A stretch of 64,000 bases of DNA. Origin: Bacteroidota bacterium. Lineage in GTDB: Bacteria; Bacteroidota; Bacteroidia; 2-12-FULL-35-15. Under the pieces are notes generated by a model. It was not told the origin of the DNA. It saw nothing but the letters and a program-made list of their open reading frames with translations, and did not search any database. Both the position numbers and the translations under genes were made by a program. Location of the stretch: assembly GCA_025963715.1 (NCBI GenBank), contig JAOQAG010000051.1, forward strand, positions 77,125-141,124, in the 5' to 3' direction. Of this stretch, positions 30,192 to 43,000 are shown in pieces; within the stretch, counting starts at the first letter, position 1, and each line of letters begins with the position of its first letter.

Positions 30192-30491
30192 ATGACAGTT
30201 AAAATCCAATCGGTACACTTTGATGCCGACAAAAAACTTTTAGATTTTGTACAGGAACGGGTAGACAAATTAACCACCTTTTATGATGGTATAATTAACA
30301 GTGAAGTAATTCTGAAGCTTGATAAATCAGATGCTACCGATAATAAGATTGCAGAAATAAAATTACACATTTCCGGGAATGATCTTTTTGCAAAAAAACA
30401 ATGCAAAAGCTTTGAAGAAGCTATCGATACAAGCATTGATGCATTAAAAACCCAGGTAAGAAAGCACAAAGAAAAAGTAAAAGGGATTTAA
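30192..30491 (+). CDS. hpf: Ribosome hibernation promoting factor (short HPF/RaiA)
   Basis: IQSVHFDAD.KL, NKIAEIKL...G.DLFAKKQCKSFEEAID, KHKEK. Confidence 0.9.
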   Translation: MTVKIQSVHFDADKKLLDFVQERVDKLTTFYDGIINSEVILKLDKSDATDNKIAEIKLHISGNDLFAKKQCKSFEEAIDTSIDALKTQVRKHKEKVKGI

Positions 30492-30624
30492 ATCCCCGGA
30501 TTCGCTTTTTTTTTTAAATAGCGGAACTGTCTGGTTTATAGTGTGATTGGCGATGATAACTGAAAACCAACAAAAAAATTTATTATTTTTTGCTTGTTAT
30601 CGCTAACAATCTCAAACAATTGAC

Positions 30625-30715
30625 TACATTTGCAGCCTCAAAATAAACGGGGCTGCATTTTTTTTGAAAAAACGAATATTTTTTTTGTTAATCAAATAAA
30701 TGTTTATTAAATTTG
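30625..30715 (+). promoter_or_regulatory. Tandem promoters of the tRNA-tuf operon
   Basis: TACATTTG at 30625-30632. TAAATTTG at 30708-30715 with TTTG at 30684-30687. Confidence 0.65.
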
Positions 30716-30766
30716 CAGTCCTTTTTCAAAAGGGTGTTGTTGAAAAGTTTCTCAAAAGCATCTGAA

Positions 30767-30776
30767 AGTTCTTTAA
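30767..30776 (+). promoter_or_regulatory. boxA-like antitermination motif
   Basis: AGTTCTTTAA just upstream of the first tRNA. Confidence 0.4.
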
Positions 30777-30805
30777 AATAAGGTATTACAAGAAAAATAG
30801 CATAA

Positions 30806-30879
30806 GCCGATGTAGCTCAGTTGGCCAGAGCAGCTGATTTGTAATCAGCTGGTCGGGGGTTCGAATCCCTCCATCGGCT
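30806..30879 (+). tRNA. tRNA-Thr(UGU)
   Basis: Cloverleaf with anticodon arm GCTGA-TTTGTAA-TCAGC and GTTCGAATCC T arm. Confidence 0.96.
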
Positions 30880-30907
30880 CTTTTTTTAAGAGGATTGTAG
30901 TATTGTC

Positions 30908-30988
30908 GGGGAGATACCAGAGTGGCCAAATGGGACGGACTGTAAATCCGTTGCGAAAGCTTCGAAGGTTCGAATCCTTCTCTCCCCA
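30908..30988 (+). tRNA. tRNA-Tyr(GUA)
   Basis: Anticodon arm ACGGA-CTGTAAA-TCCGT, long variable arm, GGTTCGAATCC. Confidence 0.96.
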
Positions 30989-31078
30989 CTTGGTTTCTGA
31001 AGCCTTGGCGAAAGAAAGCATTTTTAGGGAGAAGAATTCTAAAGTGTATAGTTTTGTTCTTTTAAAATAGTTAATTAA

Positions 31079-31151
31079 GCGGAAGTAGCTCATTTGGTAG
31101 AGCGTCAGCCTTCCAAGCTGAGGGTGGCCGGTTCGAGCCCGGTCTTCCGCT
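31079..31151 (+). tRNA. tRNA-Gly(UCC)
   Basis: Anticodon arm TCAGC-CTTCCAA-GCTGA. Confidence 0.96.
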
Positions 31152-31178
31152 CTTTTTTAAGCTCAATGCTCTCATTAA

Positions 31179-31250
<72 letters not shown>

Positions 31251-31394
31251 CTTAATGGTTGTTTTGGTGGCGTGTATTTTAAAAATAACATTTTTGTTTG
31301 TGTGAGCCATTGGATAAATGGGTTGCGCAAAATTTTTTTTGGAAAGAATTTCTTAAGTAAATATATAAAATAACAATTTAATAAATAACTAGCA

Positions 31395-32582
31395 ATGGCT
31401 AAAGAAAAATTCGACCGTTCCAAACCACACGTAAACATCGGAACAATTGGTCACGTTGACCACGGTAAAACTACCTTAACCGCAGCAATCACAGTGGTGT
31501 TGGCTGAAAAAGGTTTATCAGAAGTAAGAGATTTCTCTTCTATTGATAATGCTCCAGAAGAAAAAGAACGTGGTATCACGATCAATACTTCTCACGTAGA
31601 ATATTCTACAGCTAACCGTCACTATGCTCACGTTGACTGTCCGGGTCACGCGGATTACGTAAAAAACATGGTTACAGGTGCTGCCCAAATGGACGGTGCT
31701 ATCCTTGTTGTTGCTGCAACTGATGGTCCAATGCCACAAACCCGCGAGCATATCCTTTTGGCTCGTCAGGTTGGTGTACCTAAGATCGTAGTTTTCATGA
31801 ATAAAGTAGATATGGTGGATGACCTTGAGTTATTGGAGCTTGTTGAAATGGAAATTCGTGAATTATTATCTTTCTACCAATTTGATGGTGCTAATACTCC
31901 TATCATCCAGGGTTCTGCTTTGGGTGGTTTGAATAAAGATCCAAAATGGTCAGAAAAAATCATGGAATTAATGGAAGCTGTGGATACTTATATTCCAATT
32001 CCTACACGTGAAACTGATAAACCTTTCCTGATGCCTGTTGAGGATGTATTTACGATCACTGGTCGTGGTACTGTTGCAACTGGTAAAATCGAAACTGGTG
32101 TTATCAACACAGGTGATGAGATTGAAATCATCGGTATGCAGGAAGAAAAATTAAAATCTACTATCACAGGTGTGGAAATGTTCCGTAAAATCCTTGATAG
32201 AGGTGAAGCAGGTGATAACGTTGGTTTGTTATTACGTGGTATTGATAAAAAAGATATCCGCCGCGGTATGGTTGTTGTTCGTCCTGGTACGATCAAATGC
32301 CACACTGAATTCAAAGCAGAGATCTATGTATTGAAAAAAGAAGAAGGTGGACGTCACACTCCATTCCATAACAAATACCGTCCTCAATTCTACTTACGTA
32401 CAACTGACGTAACCGGAGAAATTGAATTACCAGCAGGACGCGACATGGTTATGCCTGGCGATAACGTAACAATCACTGTTAAATTGATCGTTCCGGTAGC
32501 TATGGATAAAGGTTTACGTTTCGCTATCCGCGAAGGTGGACGTACTGTAGGTGCAGGTCAGGTAACTGAAATTATTAAGTAA
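31395..32582 (+). CDS. tuf: Elongation factor Tu
   Basis: [31 protein letters not shown]. Confidence 0.99.
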   Translation: MAKEKFDRSKPHVNIGTIGHVDHGKTTLTAAITVVLAEKGLSEVRDFSSIDNAPEEKERGITINTSHVEYSTANRHYAHVDCPGHADYVKNMVTGAAQMDGAILVVAATDGPMPQTREHILLARQVGVPKIVVFMNKVDMVDDLELLELVEMEIRELLSFYQFDGANTPIIQGSALGGLNKDPKWSEKIMELMEAVDTYIPIPTRETDKPFLMPVEDVFTITGRGTVATGKIETGVINTGDEIEIIGMQEEKLKSTITGVEMFRKILDRGEAGDNVGLLLRGIDKKDIRRGMVVVRPGTIKCHTEFKAEIYVLKKEEGGRHTPFHNKYRPQFYLRTTDVTGEIELPAGRDMVMPGDNVTITVKLIVPVAMDKGLRFAIREGGRTVGAGQVTEIIK

Positions 32583-32703
32583 TAATTCACACAGAATTAG
32601 TAGAACAGTAGGTAGTGGAAACACTACTTACTGTTTTGTACTAATAACGGGGGACATTAAAAAGATACTTTTTAAGGACCGGAATCAAAAATAATTGGAA
32701 CAA

Positions 32704-32774
32704 ACAGGTGTAGTTCAAGGGTAGAATAGAGGTCTCCAAAACCTTTGATGGGAGTTCGAATCTCTCCACCTGTG
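32704..32774 (+). tRNA. tRNA-Trp(CCA)
   Basis: Anticodon loop CTCCAAA, in the usual position between tuf and secE. Confidence 0.93.
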
Positions 32775-32862
32775 CAAAAAGAAAATTAAAGTTAAAAAAG
32801 TTTCAAGTCAAAAGTTATTGGAAATCAATACACTTCGAACCTGATTCATAATATTTGAAAAT

Positions 32863-33057
32863 ATGAGCAAATTTAAAGATTATATCAGCGAAACAACCGA
32901 TGAGCTTGTACATAAAGTAACCTGGCCAACCTGGAGAGAGTTGCAAAGCAGTGCAATCGTTGTGATGGTTGCTTCGGTAATTATCGCTTTGGTAGTATGG
33001 CTAATGGACATTTCTTTCAATACATTAATGCAATTTATTTACCATACATTTCAATAA
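32863..33057 (+). CDS. secE: Preprotein translocase SecE
   Basis: ELVHKVTWPT motif plus one TM helix. Confidence 0.94.
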   Translation: MSKFKDYISETTDELVHKVTWPTWRELQSSAIVVMVASVIIALVVWLMDISFNTLMQFIYHTFQ

Positions 33058-33075
33058 TTTTTATAGTTAAATAAA

Positions 33076-33642
33076 ATGAGCGAGCAAATTAAAACCGACA
33101 CTGTAAAAAAATGGTATGTAGTGAGAGCTATCAGTGGGCAGGAAAAAAAAGTGAAGCAGTATATTGAAGTTGAGATCAACCGTTTGGGCCTAAGCAGCTA
33201 TGTTTCCCAAATCCTGATCCCTACTGAAAAAATTTACCAGATTCGCAATGGTAAAAAAGTAAGTAAAGAACGTCCTTTTTACGGCGGATATATTCTTGTT
33301 GAAGCGGCTTTGGTTGGTGAGGTTCCTCACGTAATTAAAAATATTACCGGTGTAATCGGCTTTTTAGGTGAAACTAAAGGGGGAGCCCCGGTTCCGATGC
33401 GTTTATCGGAAGTAAACAGAATTTTAGGTACTGTTGATGATTTGTCAGAAAGCGATGCACAAATAAACATTCCGTTTATTGTGGGCGAAACTGTAAAAGT
33501 AATCAACGGGCCGTTCAACGGCTTTACCGGAACAGTGGAAAAAGTAATTGAAGACAAGAAAAAATTAGAGGTAATGGTGAAGATCTTTGGTAGAAAAACA
33601 CCACTGGAATTAGGTTACCTGGAAGTAGAAAAAGAAAGTTAA
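33076..33642 (+). CDS. nusG: Transcription elongation factor NusG
   Basis: KWYVVRAISGQEKKV, KOW domain GPFNGFTG, IFGRKTPLEL. Confidence 0.97.
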   Translation: MSEQIKTDTVKKWYVVRAISGQEKKVKQYIEVEINRLGLSSYVSQILIPTEKIYQIRNGKKVSKERPFYGGYILVEAALVGEVPHVIKNITGVIGFLGETKGGAPVPMRLSEVNRILGTVDDLSESDAQINIPFIVGETVKVINGPFNGFTGTVEKVIEDKKKLEVMVKIFGRKTPLELGYLEVEKES

Positions 33643-33833
33643 TCAACACCGCTTAAAGAAAGCGTTTAAGGCTGAACATTGGGCTTCCACCAAATAAGTA
33701 CGCTGTATACGGTGACAGATTCGTTAAGCACATAATTAATAATAATCTCAAAGTAAAGTAAAAGCCAATTGTAGTTATAGCGCCGCGGGGACTTTGAACT
33801 TTTAAACTTTGAACTTTAAACTAAAATAAAAAA

Positions 33834-34277
33834 ATGGCAAAAGAAATAAGTGCAATGATCAAATTGCAAATAAAAGGAGGAGCTGCAAACCCTTCACCAC
33901 CAATCGGACCAGCATTGGGTGCTAAAGGTGTTAACATCATGGAGTTTTGCAAGCAATTTAATGCAAGAACACAAGAGAAAGCTGGAAAAGTAATTCCGGT
34001 TATCATCACTGTGTACAATGATAAATCATTTGAATTTATCACTAAAAATCCACCGGTAGCAGTATCATTACTGGAGATCACAAAAGTAAAACAAGGTTCT
34101 AAAGAATCAAACCGCTTAAAAGTTGGTAATGTTTCCTGGGATCAGATTCGTCAGGTTGCTGAAGCAAAAATGCCGGATTTAAATTGCTTTACAATCGAAT
34201 CTGCAATGAGTATGGTTGCAGGAACTGCACGCAGTATGGGATTAACCGTAACAGGTGAGTCTCCTTTGAAAAAGTAA
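33834..34277 (+). CDS. rplK: 50S ribosomal protein uL11
   Basis: [30 protein letters not shown]. Confidence 0.98.
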   Translation: MAKEISAMIKLQIKGGAANPSPPIGPALGAKGVNIMEFCKQFNARTQEKAGKVIPVIITVYNDKSFEFITKNPPVAVSLLEITKVKQGSKESNRLKVGNVSWDQIRQVAEAKMPDLNCFTIESAMSMVAGTARSMGLTVTGESPLKK

Positions 34278-34333
34278 GTTAAACAGATGGAGTCCGCCCT
34301 GAGCGTACGTTTGCACATCACAAATTAAATAAA

Positions 34334-35029
34334 ATGACAAAAGTTTCAAAAAACAGAAAGATCGCTCTTTCTAAGTATGATGCTACCAAAATCTACACAT
34401 TGGCAGAGGCATCTAAATTGATCAAAGAAATCACTACTACTAAATTTGACGCATCAGTTGACTTGAGTATCCGCTTAGGCGTTGATCCACGTAAAGCAAA
34501 CCAAATGGTTCGCGGATCGGTTTCATTGCCACACGGTTCAGGTAAAACTATGCGCGTATTGGTACTTTGTACACCTGATAAAGAAGCGGAAGCAAAAGCT
34601 GCAGGCGCTGATTATGTGGGATTGGACGAGTACATCGAAAAAATCAAAAATGGTTGGTTGGAGATGGATGTAGTTGTTGCTACACCAAGTGTAATGGGTA
34701 AATTGAGTACTGTTGCGCGTGTTTTAGGGCCTCGTGGTTTAATGCCAAATCCTAAAACAGGTACTGTAACAATGGAAGTAGGTAAAGCAGTTACTGAATC
34801 CAAAGGCGGTAAAATCGACTTTAAAGTTGATAAAGCAGGTATCATCCAGTCTTTAGTTGGGAAAGTTTCTTTCGATACCAACAAGATCACTGAAAACGCA
34901 AATGAGTTGTTACAAACAATAGTTAAGTTAAAACCATCATCTGCAAAAGGAACTTATGTGAAAAGTGTATACATGAGCTCAACAATGAGCCCAAGTATCC
35001 AGATCGACACTAAATTCATGGCGCAATAA
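34334..35029 (+). CDS. rplA: 50S ribosomal protein uL1
   Basis: [35 protein letters not shown]. Confidence 0.98.
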   Translation: MTKVSKNRKIALSKYDATKIYTLAEASKLIKEITTTKFDASVDLSIRLGVDPRKANQMVRGSVSLPHGSGKTMRVLVLCTPDKEAEAKAAGADYVGLDEYIEKIKNGWLEMDVVVATPSVMGKLSTVARVLGPRGLMPNPKTGTVTMEVGKAVTESKGGKIDFKVDKAGIIQSLVGKVSFDTNKITENANELLQTIVKLKPSSAKGTYVKSVYMSSTMSPSIQIDTKFMAQ

Positions 35030-35090
35030 TTTAAACATTCATCACCGTTTTGTACTGGCTTCCACTGGACAAACAAATAAATAAATAGAA

Positions 35091-35588
35091 ATGAAAAAAG
35101 AAGACAAAACAAAAGTAATTGAATCGCTGGTAGAGCAATTGAATGCAAACAATAAAATCTACTTGGCAGATTGTTCTTCTTTAACTGTTGAAAAAGTTAA
35201 CCAATTACGGAGAACTTGCTTTCAAAGAAACATTTCGCTTACAGTAGTGAAAAACTCACTATTGAAAAAAGCGCTTGAAAGAGCTGCAGATAGTCGTTTA
35301 GTGGATTTAATCCCTGCTATAAAAGGCGCTACTGCAATTATGTTTTCAGAAGTAGGAAATGCTCCGGCGAAGTTAATTAAGGAATTCAGAGCAGCAAAAA
35401 ACGACAGGCCTTTATTGAAAGGTGCTTTCGTTGAAGAAAACATTTACATTGGCGATGATCAGCTTGAAGTGCTTGCTAACATTAAAAGCAAAAACGAGCT
35501 TATCGCAGATGTTGTGGCGTTGCTTCAATCTCCTGCACAACGAGTTATATCTGCTCTTCAGAACAGAGAAGAAAAGGATGCAGCTTAA
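35091..35588 (+). CDS. rplJ: 50S ribosomal protein uL10
   Basis: LRR, VVKNSL, LLQSPAQRVISAL and gene position. Confidence 0.95.
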   Translation: MKKEDKTKVIESLVEQLNANNKIYLADCSSLTVEKVNQLRRTCFQRNISLTVVKNSLLKKALERAADSRLVDLIPAIKGATAIMFSEVGNAPAKLIKEFRAAKNDRPLLKGAFVEENIYIGDDQLEVLANIKSKNELIADVVALLQSPAQRVISALQNREEKDAA

Positions 35589-35657
35589 TTGGCAAACAGC
35601 TTAAAGTAAGACAAACAAAAATTTTAATTAGTAACAAATTTTAAAAAATCAATAAAA

Positions 35658-36026
35658 ATGGCAGACGTAAAAGCAATTGCTGAACAGTTAGTAAATTTAA
35701 CTGTGAAAGAAGTGCAAGAATTATCAACTATCCTGAAAGACGAGTACGGCATCGAACCAGCTGCAGCAGCAGTTGTAGTTTCTGGTGGTGGCGGAGCAGC
35801 AGCAGCAGAAGTTAAAACATCTTTTGATGTAATTTTACTTGAGGCAGGTGCAGCTAAATTAGGAGTTGTAAAAGTTGTAAAAGATTTAACAGGATTAGGT
35901 TTGAAAGAATCTAAAGATCTTGTTGACGGTGCACCAAAACCGGTAAAAGAAGGAGTTTCTAAAGAAGAAGCTGAAGCATTGAAAAAACAATTAGAAGACG
36001 CAGGAGCAAAAGTTGAAGTTAAATAA
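35658..36026 (+). CDS. rplL: 50S ribosomal protein bL12
   Basis: Ala/Gly hinge, [20 protein letters not shown]. Confidence 0.98.
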   Translation: MADVKAIAEQLVNLTVKEVQELSTILKDEYGIEPAAAAVVVSGGGGAAAAEVKTSFDVILLEAGAAKLGVVKVVKDLTGLGLKESKDLVDGAPKPVKEGVSKEEAEALKKQLEDAGAKVEVK

Positions 36027-36049
36027 GCTGTTTCTGATACAACATTAAT

Positions 36050-36092
36050 GTCATCACCTCATTGTTCCTCTCGGAACGATGAGGTATGTGAC
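36050..36092 (+). terminator. Hairpin between rplL and rpoB (possible attenuator)
   Basis: GTCA..ACCTCATTGTTCC-TCTC-GGAACGATGAGGT..TGAC. Confidence 0.5.
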
Positions 36093-36184
36093 TTTAATAC
36101 CGGTTCTAGTTGTTTTCATCTTATTAACCTGTTTGTTTCCTGTGAATTTATTTTACAAAAGAACAAACTCAATACTTAAGCACC

Positions 36185-39100
36185 TTGGCTCAAAATAAAA
36201 AACCTCAGAGAATAAGTTTTGCATCTATTAAAAGTCAAATTGAGTACCCTGACTTTTTAGATATTCAACTTCAATCGTTCCAGGACTTTTTCCAGTTGGA
36301 AACAACTTCCGAAAACCGTCAGAACGAAGGACTTTACAAAGTTTTTGCAGAAAACTTTCCTATTTCCGATGCACGAAACAATTTCGTATTGGAATTTTTA
36401 GATTATTTTATCGATCCGCCGCGTTACTCTCTTGAAGAGTGTATTGAGCGCGGATTAACATACAGCGTTCCGTTGAAAGCGAAATTACGCTTGTATTGTA
36501 CAGATCCTGAACACGAAGATTTCGAAACGATCGTGCAGGATGTTTATTTGGGTACGATCCCGTACATGACTCCAAAAGGTACATTTGTTATCAATGGAGC
36601 TGAACGCGTTATTGTTTCCCAGTTACACCGTTCACCGGGTGTGTTCTTCGGCCAAAGCCGTCACGCAAATGGTACCAAATTATACTCTGCACGTGTTATC
36701 CCTTTCAAAGGATCATGGATCGAGTTTGCTACCGATATCAACAGCGTAATGTATGCTTACATCGACCGTAAGAAAAAATTACCGGTAACCACATTATTGA
36801 GAGCTATTGGATTTGAAAGCGATAAACAAATCCTTGAAATATTCGGCCTGGCTGACGAGTTAAAAGTTAGCAAAGCTGCCCTTAAAGGTGCCGTAGGCCG
36901 CAAGCTTGCTGCACGTGTTTTGAAAACCTGGATTGAGGATTTCGTAGATGAGGATACCGGGGAAGTTGTTTCTATCGAGCGTAATGAAGTGATCATTGAT
37001 CGTGAAACGATCCTTGAGAACGGGCACATCGATATGATCGTGGATGCAAACGTAAAATCAGTAATCCTGCATAAACAGGAAGTAAATTCTGCTGATTACG
37101 CGATCATCTACAATACTTTACAAAAAGATACATCCAACTCTGAAAAAGAAGCGGTGGAGCATATCTACCGCCAGTTACGTAACGCTGAACCACCTGATGA
37201 GGAAACTGCACGTGGTATCATTGATAAATTATTTTTCTCTGATAAACGTTACGATTTAGGAGAAGTTGGACGTTACCGGATCAACAAAAAATTAAATTTA
37301 AATACACCTTCTGACACAAAAACGTTAACGAAAGAAGATATTATTTGCATCATTAAGTATTTGATCGAGCTGATCAACTCCAAAGCTGATGTGGATGATA
37401 TTGACCACTTGAGTAACCGTCGTGTCCGTACAGTTGGTGAGCAATTGTATTCACAATTTGGTGTTGGTTTAGCGCGTATGGCACGTACGATCCGCGAGCG
37501 TATGAACGTTCGTGATAACGAGGTGTTCACGCCAACCGATCTGATCAATGCAAAAACATTATCATCTGTGATCAACTCGTTCTTCGGAACAAACCAATTA
37601 TCACAGTTCATGGATCAAACCAATCCGCTTGCGGAGATCACGCACAAGCGTCGTCTTTCTGCACTCGGGCCTGGAGGTTTATCCCGTGAACGTGCAGGTT
37701 TTGAGGTACGTGACGTTCACTACACCCACTACGGCCGCTTGTGTACGATTGAAACACCGGAAGGACCAAACATCGGTTTGATCTCTTCATTGTGTGTATT
37801 TGCAAAGATCAACAAATTAGGTTTCATCGAAACGCCTTACATGACTGTGACAAACGGACGTGTGGATATCGAGAAATCTGTTACATATTTAAGTGCAGAA
37901 GAAGAAGATTCCAAAACCATTGCACAGGCAAATGCGCCGGTGGATGCAAAAGGAAAATTCCTTGAGGCAAAAGTAAAAGCACGTTACGAAGGTGATTTCC
38001 CTGTTGTAGAACCGGAAAAATTACAATTGATGGACGTTGCTCCAAACCAAATTGCGTCGATCGCAGCATCATTGATTCCATTTTTGGAACATGATGATGC
38101 CAACCGTGCATTGATGGGATCAAACATGCAGCGCCAGGCTGTTCCGTTATTACGTCCGGAAGCGCCAATCGTTGGTACCGGTTTAGAGCCATTGGTAGCG
38201 CGTGATTCTCGTGTATTGATCAATGCTGAAGGCGAAGGAACTGTAGAATATGTAGATGCAAACGAAATTGTGATCCGCTACAACCGTACGGATGAAGATC
38301 GTTTGATCAGCTTTGATGATGATATCAAACGTTACCAGTTAACGAAATTCCGTAAAACCAACCAAAGTACTTGTATCAACTTAAAACCGATCGTTAAGAA
38401 AGGTGAGAAAGTAACAAAAGGTCAAGTATTGTGTGATGGTTATGCGACTCAAAACGGTGAATTAGCTTTAGGTCGTAACATGAAAGTGGCGTTCATGCCA
38501 TGGAAAGGTTATAACTTTGAGGATGCGATCGTGATCTCTGAACGTGTTGCACGTGAAGATATCTTCACATCTGTTCACATTGATGAGTATGCACTGGAAG
38601 TACGTGATACGAAGCGCGGATTAGAAGAATTAACAGCAGACATTCCAAACGTTTCGGAAGAAGCGACAAAAGACCTGGACGAAAACGGATTGATCCGTAT
38701 CGGTGCTGATGTTAAAGAAGGTGATATCCTGATCGGAAAAATTACTCCAAAAGGAGAAACTGATCCGTCACCGGAAGAAAAACTTTTACGTGCGATCTTT
38801 GGTGACAAAGCGGGCGATGTGAAAGATGCTTCTATGAAAGCGCCTCCATCATTACGTGGTGTGGTAATCGATAAAAAATTATTCTCAAGAGCAATTAAAG
38901 ATAAGAAAGCAAAAGCGGAAGAAAAACCATTGCTTGAGAAAATCGATAAAGAACACAGTGCAGAAGTTGCGACATTAAAAGCGAAATTAATTGAAAAATT
39001 AAACACGCTTGTAAATGGCAAAACGTCGCAAGGTGTATTGAATATTCTGAAAGAAGAAATTGTTGCGAAAGGAACAAAATTCACTCAGAAAATTCTTGAA

Positions 39101-39994
39101 AAAGTGGATTATGCAACTGTTAATCCTAGTAAATGGACGACTGATAAAGATGTGAATGACAAAATTAAAATGTTGTTACACAATCATAACATCAAGTACA
39201 ACGATTTATTAGGTGCTTACAAACGTAAAAAGTTTGCAGTTACAATTGGTGATGAGCTACCAGCCGGTATCGTTCAGCTTGCGAAGATTTACATTGCTAA
39301 AAAACGTAAATTAAAAGTAGGTGATAAAATGGCGGGCCGTCACGGTAACAAAGGTATCGTTGCACGGATCGTTCGTGATGAGGATATGCCATTCCTGGAA
39401 GACGGAACGTTGGTTGACATCGTTCTTAATCCATTGGGTGTACCTTCCCGTATGAACTTAGGTCAGATTTACGAAACTGTTTTGGGTTGGGCCGGACAAA
39501 AGTTAGGTGAGAAATTCTTCACACCGATCTTTGATGGTGCTACTACAGAGCAATTGAATGAATGGACTGATAAAGCTGGTTTGCCACGTTTCGGCCGTAC
39601 TTACTTAACAGATGGTGGTACAGGTGAGCGTTTTGACCAGCCTGCAACTGTAGGTGTTATTTACATGCTGAAATTAGGCCACATGGTGGATGATAAAATG
39701 CACTCCCGCTCCATCGGACCATACTCTCTTATTACACAACAACCTTTGGGTGGTAAAGCTCAGTTTGGTGGTCAGCGTTTTGGTGAGATGGAGGTTTGGG
39801 CACTGGAAGCATTTGGTGCAGCTAACATTCTTCAGGAGATTCTTACGATCAAATCGGATGATGTTATCGGTAGAGCTAAAGCTTACGAAGCAATTGTTAA
39901 AGGTGAAAATTTACCAACTCCGGGAATCCCTGAATCATTCAACGTATTGTTGCATGAGTTAAGAGGTTTAGGATTGAATATTTCCCTTGACTAA
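36185..39994 (+). CDS. rpoB: RNA polymerase beta subunit
   Basis: [47 protein letters not shown] start. Confidence 0.99.
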   Translation: MAQNKKPQRISFASIKSQIEYPDFLDIQLQSFQDFFQLETTSENRQNEGLYKVFAENFPISDARNNFVLEFLDYFIDPPRYSLEECIERGLTYSVPLKAKLRLYCTDPEHEDFETIVQDVYLGTIPYMTPKGTFVINGAERVIVSQLHRSPGVFFGQSRHANGTKLYSARVIPFKGSWIEFATDINSVMYAYIDRKKKLPVTTLLRAIGFESDKQILEIFGLADELKVSKAALKGAVGRKLAARVLKTWIEDFVDEDTGEVVSIERNEVIIDRETILENGHIDMIVDANVKSVILHKQEVNSADYAIIYNTLQKDTSNSEKEAVEHIYRQLRNAEPPDEETARGIIDKLFFSDKRYDLGEVGRYRINKKLNLNTPSDTKTLTKEDIICIIKYLIELINSKADVDDIDHLSNRRVRTVGEQLYSQFGVGLARMARTIRERMNVRDNEVFTPTDLINAKTLSSVINSFFGTNQLSQFMDQTNPLAEITHKRRLSALGPGGLSRERAGFEVRDVHYTHYGRLCTIETPEGPNIGLISSLCVFAKINKLGFIETPYMTVTNGRVDIEKSVTYLSAEEEDSKTIAQANAPVDAKGKFLEAKVKARYEGDFPVVEPEKLQLMDVAPNQIASIAASLIPFLEHDDANRALMGSNMQRQAVPLLRPEAPIVGTGLEPLVARDSRVLINAEGEGTVEYVDANEIVIRYNRTDEDRLISFDDDIKRYQLTKFRKTNQSTCINLKPIVKKGEKVTKGQVLCDGYATQNGELALGRNMKVAFMPWKGYNFEDAIVISERVAREDIFTSVHIDEYALEVRDTKRGLEELTADIPNVSEEATKDLDENGLIRIGADVKEGDILIGKITPKGETDPSPEEKLLRAIFGDKAGDVKDASMKAPPSLRGVVIDKKLFSRAIKDKKAKAEEKPLLEKIDKEHSAEVATLKAKLIEKLNTLVNGKTSQGVLNILKEEIVAKGTKFTQKILEKVDYATVNPSKWTTDKDVNDKIKMLLHNHNIKYNDLLGAYKRKKFAVTIGDELPAGIVQLAKIYIAKKRKLKVGDKMAGRHGNKGIVARIVRDEDMPFLEDGTLVDIVLNPLGVPSRMNLGQIYETVLGWAGQKLGEKFFTPIFDGATTEQLNEWTDKAGLPRFGRTYLTDGGTGERFDQPATVGVIYMLKLGHMVDDKMHSRSIGPYSLITQQPLGGKAQFGGQRFGEMEVWALEAFGAANILQEILTIKSDDVIGRAKAYEAIVKGENLPTPGIPESFNVLLHELRGLGLNISLD

Positions 39995-40069
39995 ATTAAA
40001 TACAGGTGCGGATTTCTTATCTGCACCTGCTTTTGACTTTTTACATATCAACTTAAAAAAAGGAAAAAA

Positions 40070-43000
40070 ATGGCTTTCAATAAAAGAGATAACAAACTAA
40101 AAAGCAATTTCTCCAAAATTACCATCAGCCTTGCATCACCGGAAGCAGTTCTGGAGCGTTCAAGCGGTGAAGTAGTTAAGCCGGAAACAATCAATTACAG
40201 AACTTACAAACCAGAGATGGGCGGTTTGTTCTGTGAGCGTATTTTCGGACCGGTAAAAGATTGGGAATGTGCTTGTGGAAAATATAAACGCATCCGCTAC
40301 AAAGGCATTGTTTGTGACCGTTGTGGAGTGGAAGTAACAGAGAAAAAAGTACGTAGAGAGCGTATGGGACACATCAATTTGGTGGTTCCTGTTGCGCACA
40401 TCTGGTATTTCAAATCGTTGCCAAATAAAATCGGTTATTTGTTGGGCTTACCAACAAAAAAACTGGACATGATCATTTACTACGAGCGTTATGTTGTAGT
40501 AAACGCAGGTGTTAAAGCGGTTGACGGGATCAATTACCTTGATTTCTTATCCGAAGAAGAATACCTGAACATCCTGGATACATTGCCGAAAGACAATCAA
40601 TATTTAGATGATACAGATCCGAATAAATTTATCGCGAAAATGGGTGCTGAAGCGTTACAATCGCTTTTAAGCCGTGTTGATCTTGATAGTTTATCATTCG
40701 ATTTGCGTCACAAAGCAAATACTGAAACATCTCAACAACGTAAAAACGAAGCGCTAAAACGTTTACAGGTTGTGGAAGGTTTCCGTCATGCCAACCAGCA
40801 CGTTGAAAACCGTCCTGAGTGGATGATCGTTAAAATTGTTCCGGTTATTCCGCCGGAATTGCGTCCGTTGGTGCCATTGGATGGCGGCCGTTTTGCAACT
40901 TCCGATTTAAATGATTTATACCGTCGTGTTATTATCCGTAACAACCGTTTAAAACGTTTGATCGAGATCAAAGCTCCTGAAGTAATCCTGCGTAATGAAA
41001 AACGTATGTTACAGGAAGCTGTGGATTCATTATTTGATAACTCACGTAAATCGAATGCAGTGAAAACTGAATCGAACCGTGCGTTAAAATCATTATCGGA
41101 TTCATTAAAAGGTAAACAAGGCCGTTTCCGTCAGAACTTATTAGGTAAACGTGTGGATTATTCAGCACGTTCGGTAATCGTCGTTGGACCGGAATTGAAA
41201 TTGCATGAGTGCGGATTGCCAAAAGATATGGCAGCTGAACTTTTCAAACCGTTCATCATCCGTAAAATGATTGAGCGTGGTGTTGTAAAAACAGTAAAAT
41301 CTGCGAAAAAAATCGTTGATAAAAAAGAACCTATTGTTTGGGATATTTTAGAGAATGTGTTGAAAGGACATCCTGTTCTTTTGAACCGCGCTCCGACATT
41401 GCACAGATTAGGGATCCAGGCTTTCCAGCCAAAACTGATCGAAGGAAAAGCGATCCAGTTGCATCCTTTGACCTGTACAGCGTTTAACGCCGATTTCGAT
41501 GGGGATCAGATGGCAGTTCACGTTCCGTTGGGACATGCTGCAATTTTGGAAGCTCAATTATTAATGCTTGCATCTCATAACATCTTAAACCCTGCGAATG
41601 GTGCACCGGTAACGGTTCCATCACAAGACATGGTGCTTGGTCTGTACTACATGACCAAAGGAAAGAAAAATACTGCTGATGAAGTAGTAAAAGGTGAAGG
41701 CTTAACATTTTATTCTCCTGAAGAAACAATTATCGCGTACAACGAAAAACGTGTTGATTTACATGCGTGGGTGAAAGTTCGTTTACCGGTAAAAGAAGGT
41801 GATAAAACAGTTAACAAACTGATCGAAACAACTGTTGGACGGATCCTGTTTAACCAGGTGGTGCCGAAAGAAGTTGGTTATATCAACGAATTGTTGACAA
41901 AAAAATCATTGCGTGATATCATTGGAAGTATCGTGAAAGAAACTGGTATGGCTAAAACGGCTAAATTCCTTGACGACATGAAAACATTAGGTTTCATGAG
42001 CGCATTCCGCGGAGGTTTATCCTTTAACTTAGGTGACGTAATGGTTCCTGAGGATAAAGATAAAATGATCGCTGATGCGAATACGCAGGTGGATGAAGTG
42101 GTTGGAAACTATAATATGGGTTTCATCACAAACAACGAGCGTTACAATCAGATCATCGATATCTGGACACATACCAACTCACGGATCACTGCGAAAGTAT
42201 TGAATACACTGACAAATGACCGTCAGGGCTTCAATCCTGTTTACATGATGCTTGATTCCGGTGCCCGTGGTTCTAAAGAGCAGATCCGTCAGTTAGGCGG
42301 GATGCGTGGATTGATGGCGAAACCGCAAAAAGGTGCAGGGGGAGGAGAGATCATTGAGAATCCGATCATCTCTAACTTTAAAGAAGGTTTGTCCATCCTT
42401 GAGTATTTTATCTCTACCCACGGTGCGCGTAAAGGTCTTGCGGATACGGCGTTAAAAACTGCCGATGCAGGTTACTTAACCCGTCGTTTGGTTGACGTTG
42501 CTCAGGATGTGATCATCACTATTGAAGATTGCGGAACATTGCGCGGATTGATCGCGACAGCGTTGAAGAAAAACGACGAGGTTGTTGAATCATTATACGA
42601 CAGAATTATTGGTAGAACTACGGTTCACAATGTATACAATCCTTTAACCGGCGACATGATCATTGGTGCAGGTGAAGAGGTAACTGAAGATTACGCGAGA
42701 ACAATTTCTGAATCTCCAATTGAAGCAGTTGAGATCCGTTCGGTATTAACCTGCGAAAGCAAAAACGGTGTGTGCGCGAAATGTTACGGACGTAACTTAG
42801 CTACAGGCCGCATGGTTCAACGTGGTGAGGCAGTAGGTGTTATTGCAGCACAATCAATCGGTGAGCCGGGTACACAGTTAACGTTACGTACATTCCACGT
42901 GGGTGGTACAGCATCTAACACTGCTGCATCTTCTAAACTGGAGTCGAAATACGACGGGATCATTGAAGTGGATGAATTGAAAACGGTAAAACGTAAAAAT

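Noticed and set aside
30991-31020. Small hairpin with GCCTTGGCGAA between tRNA-Tyr and tRNA-Gly
   Set aside because: Single occurrence in the window, so it cannot be supported as a repeat family or RNA gene.
37590-37700. Rifampicin-resistance substitutions in rpoB
   Set aside because: Cluster I reads [25 protein letters not shown], with the usual sensitive-type D, H and S residues.
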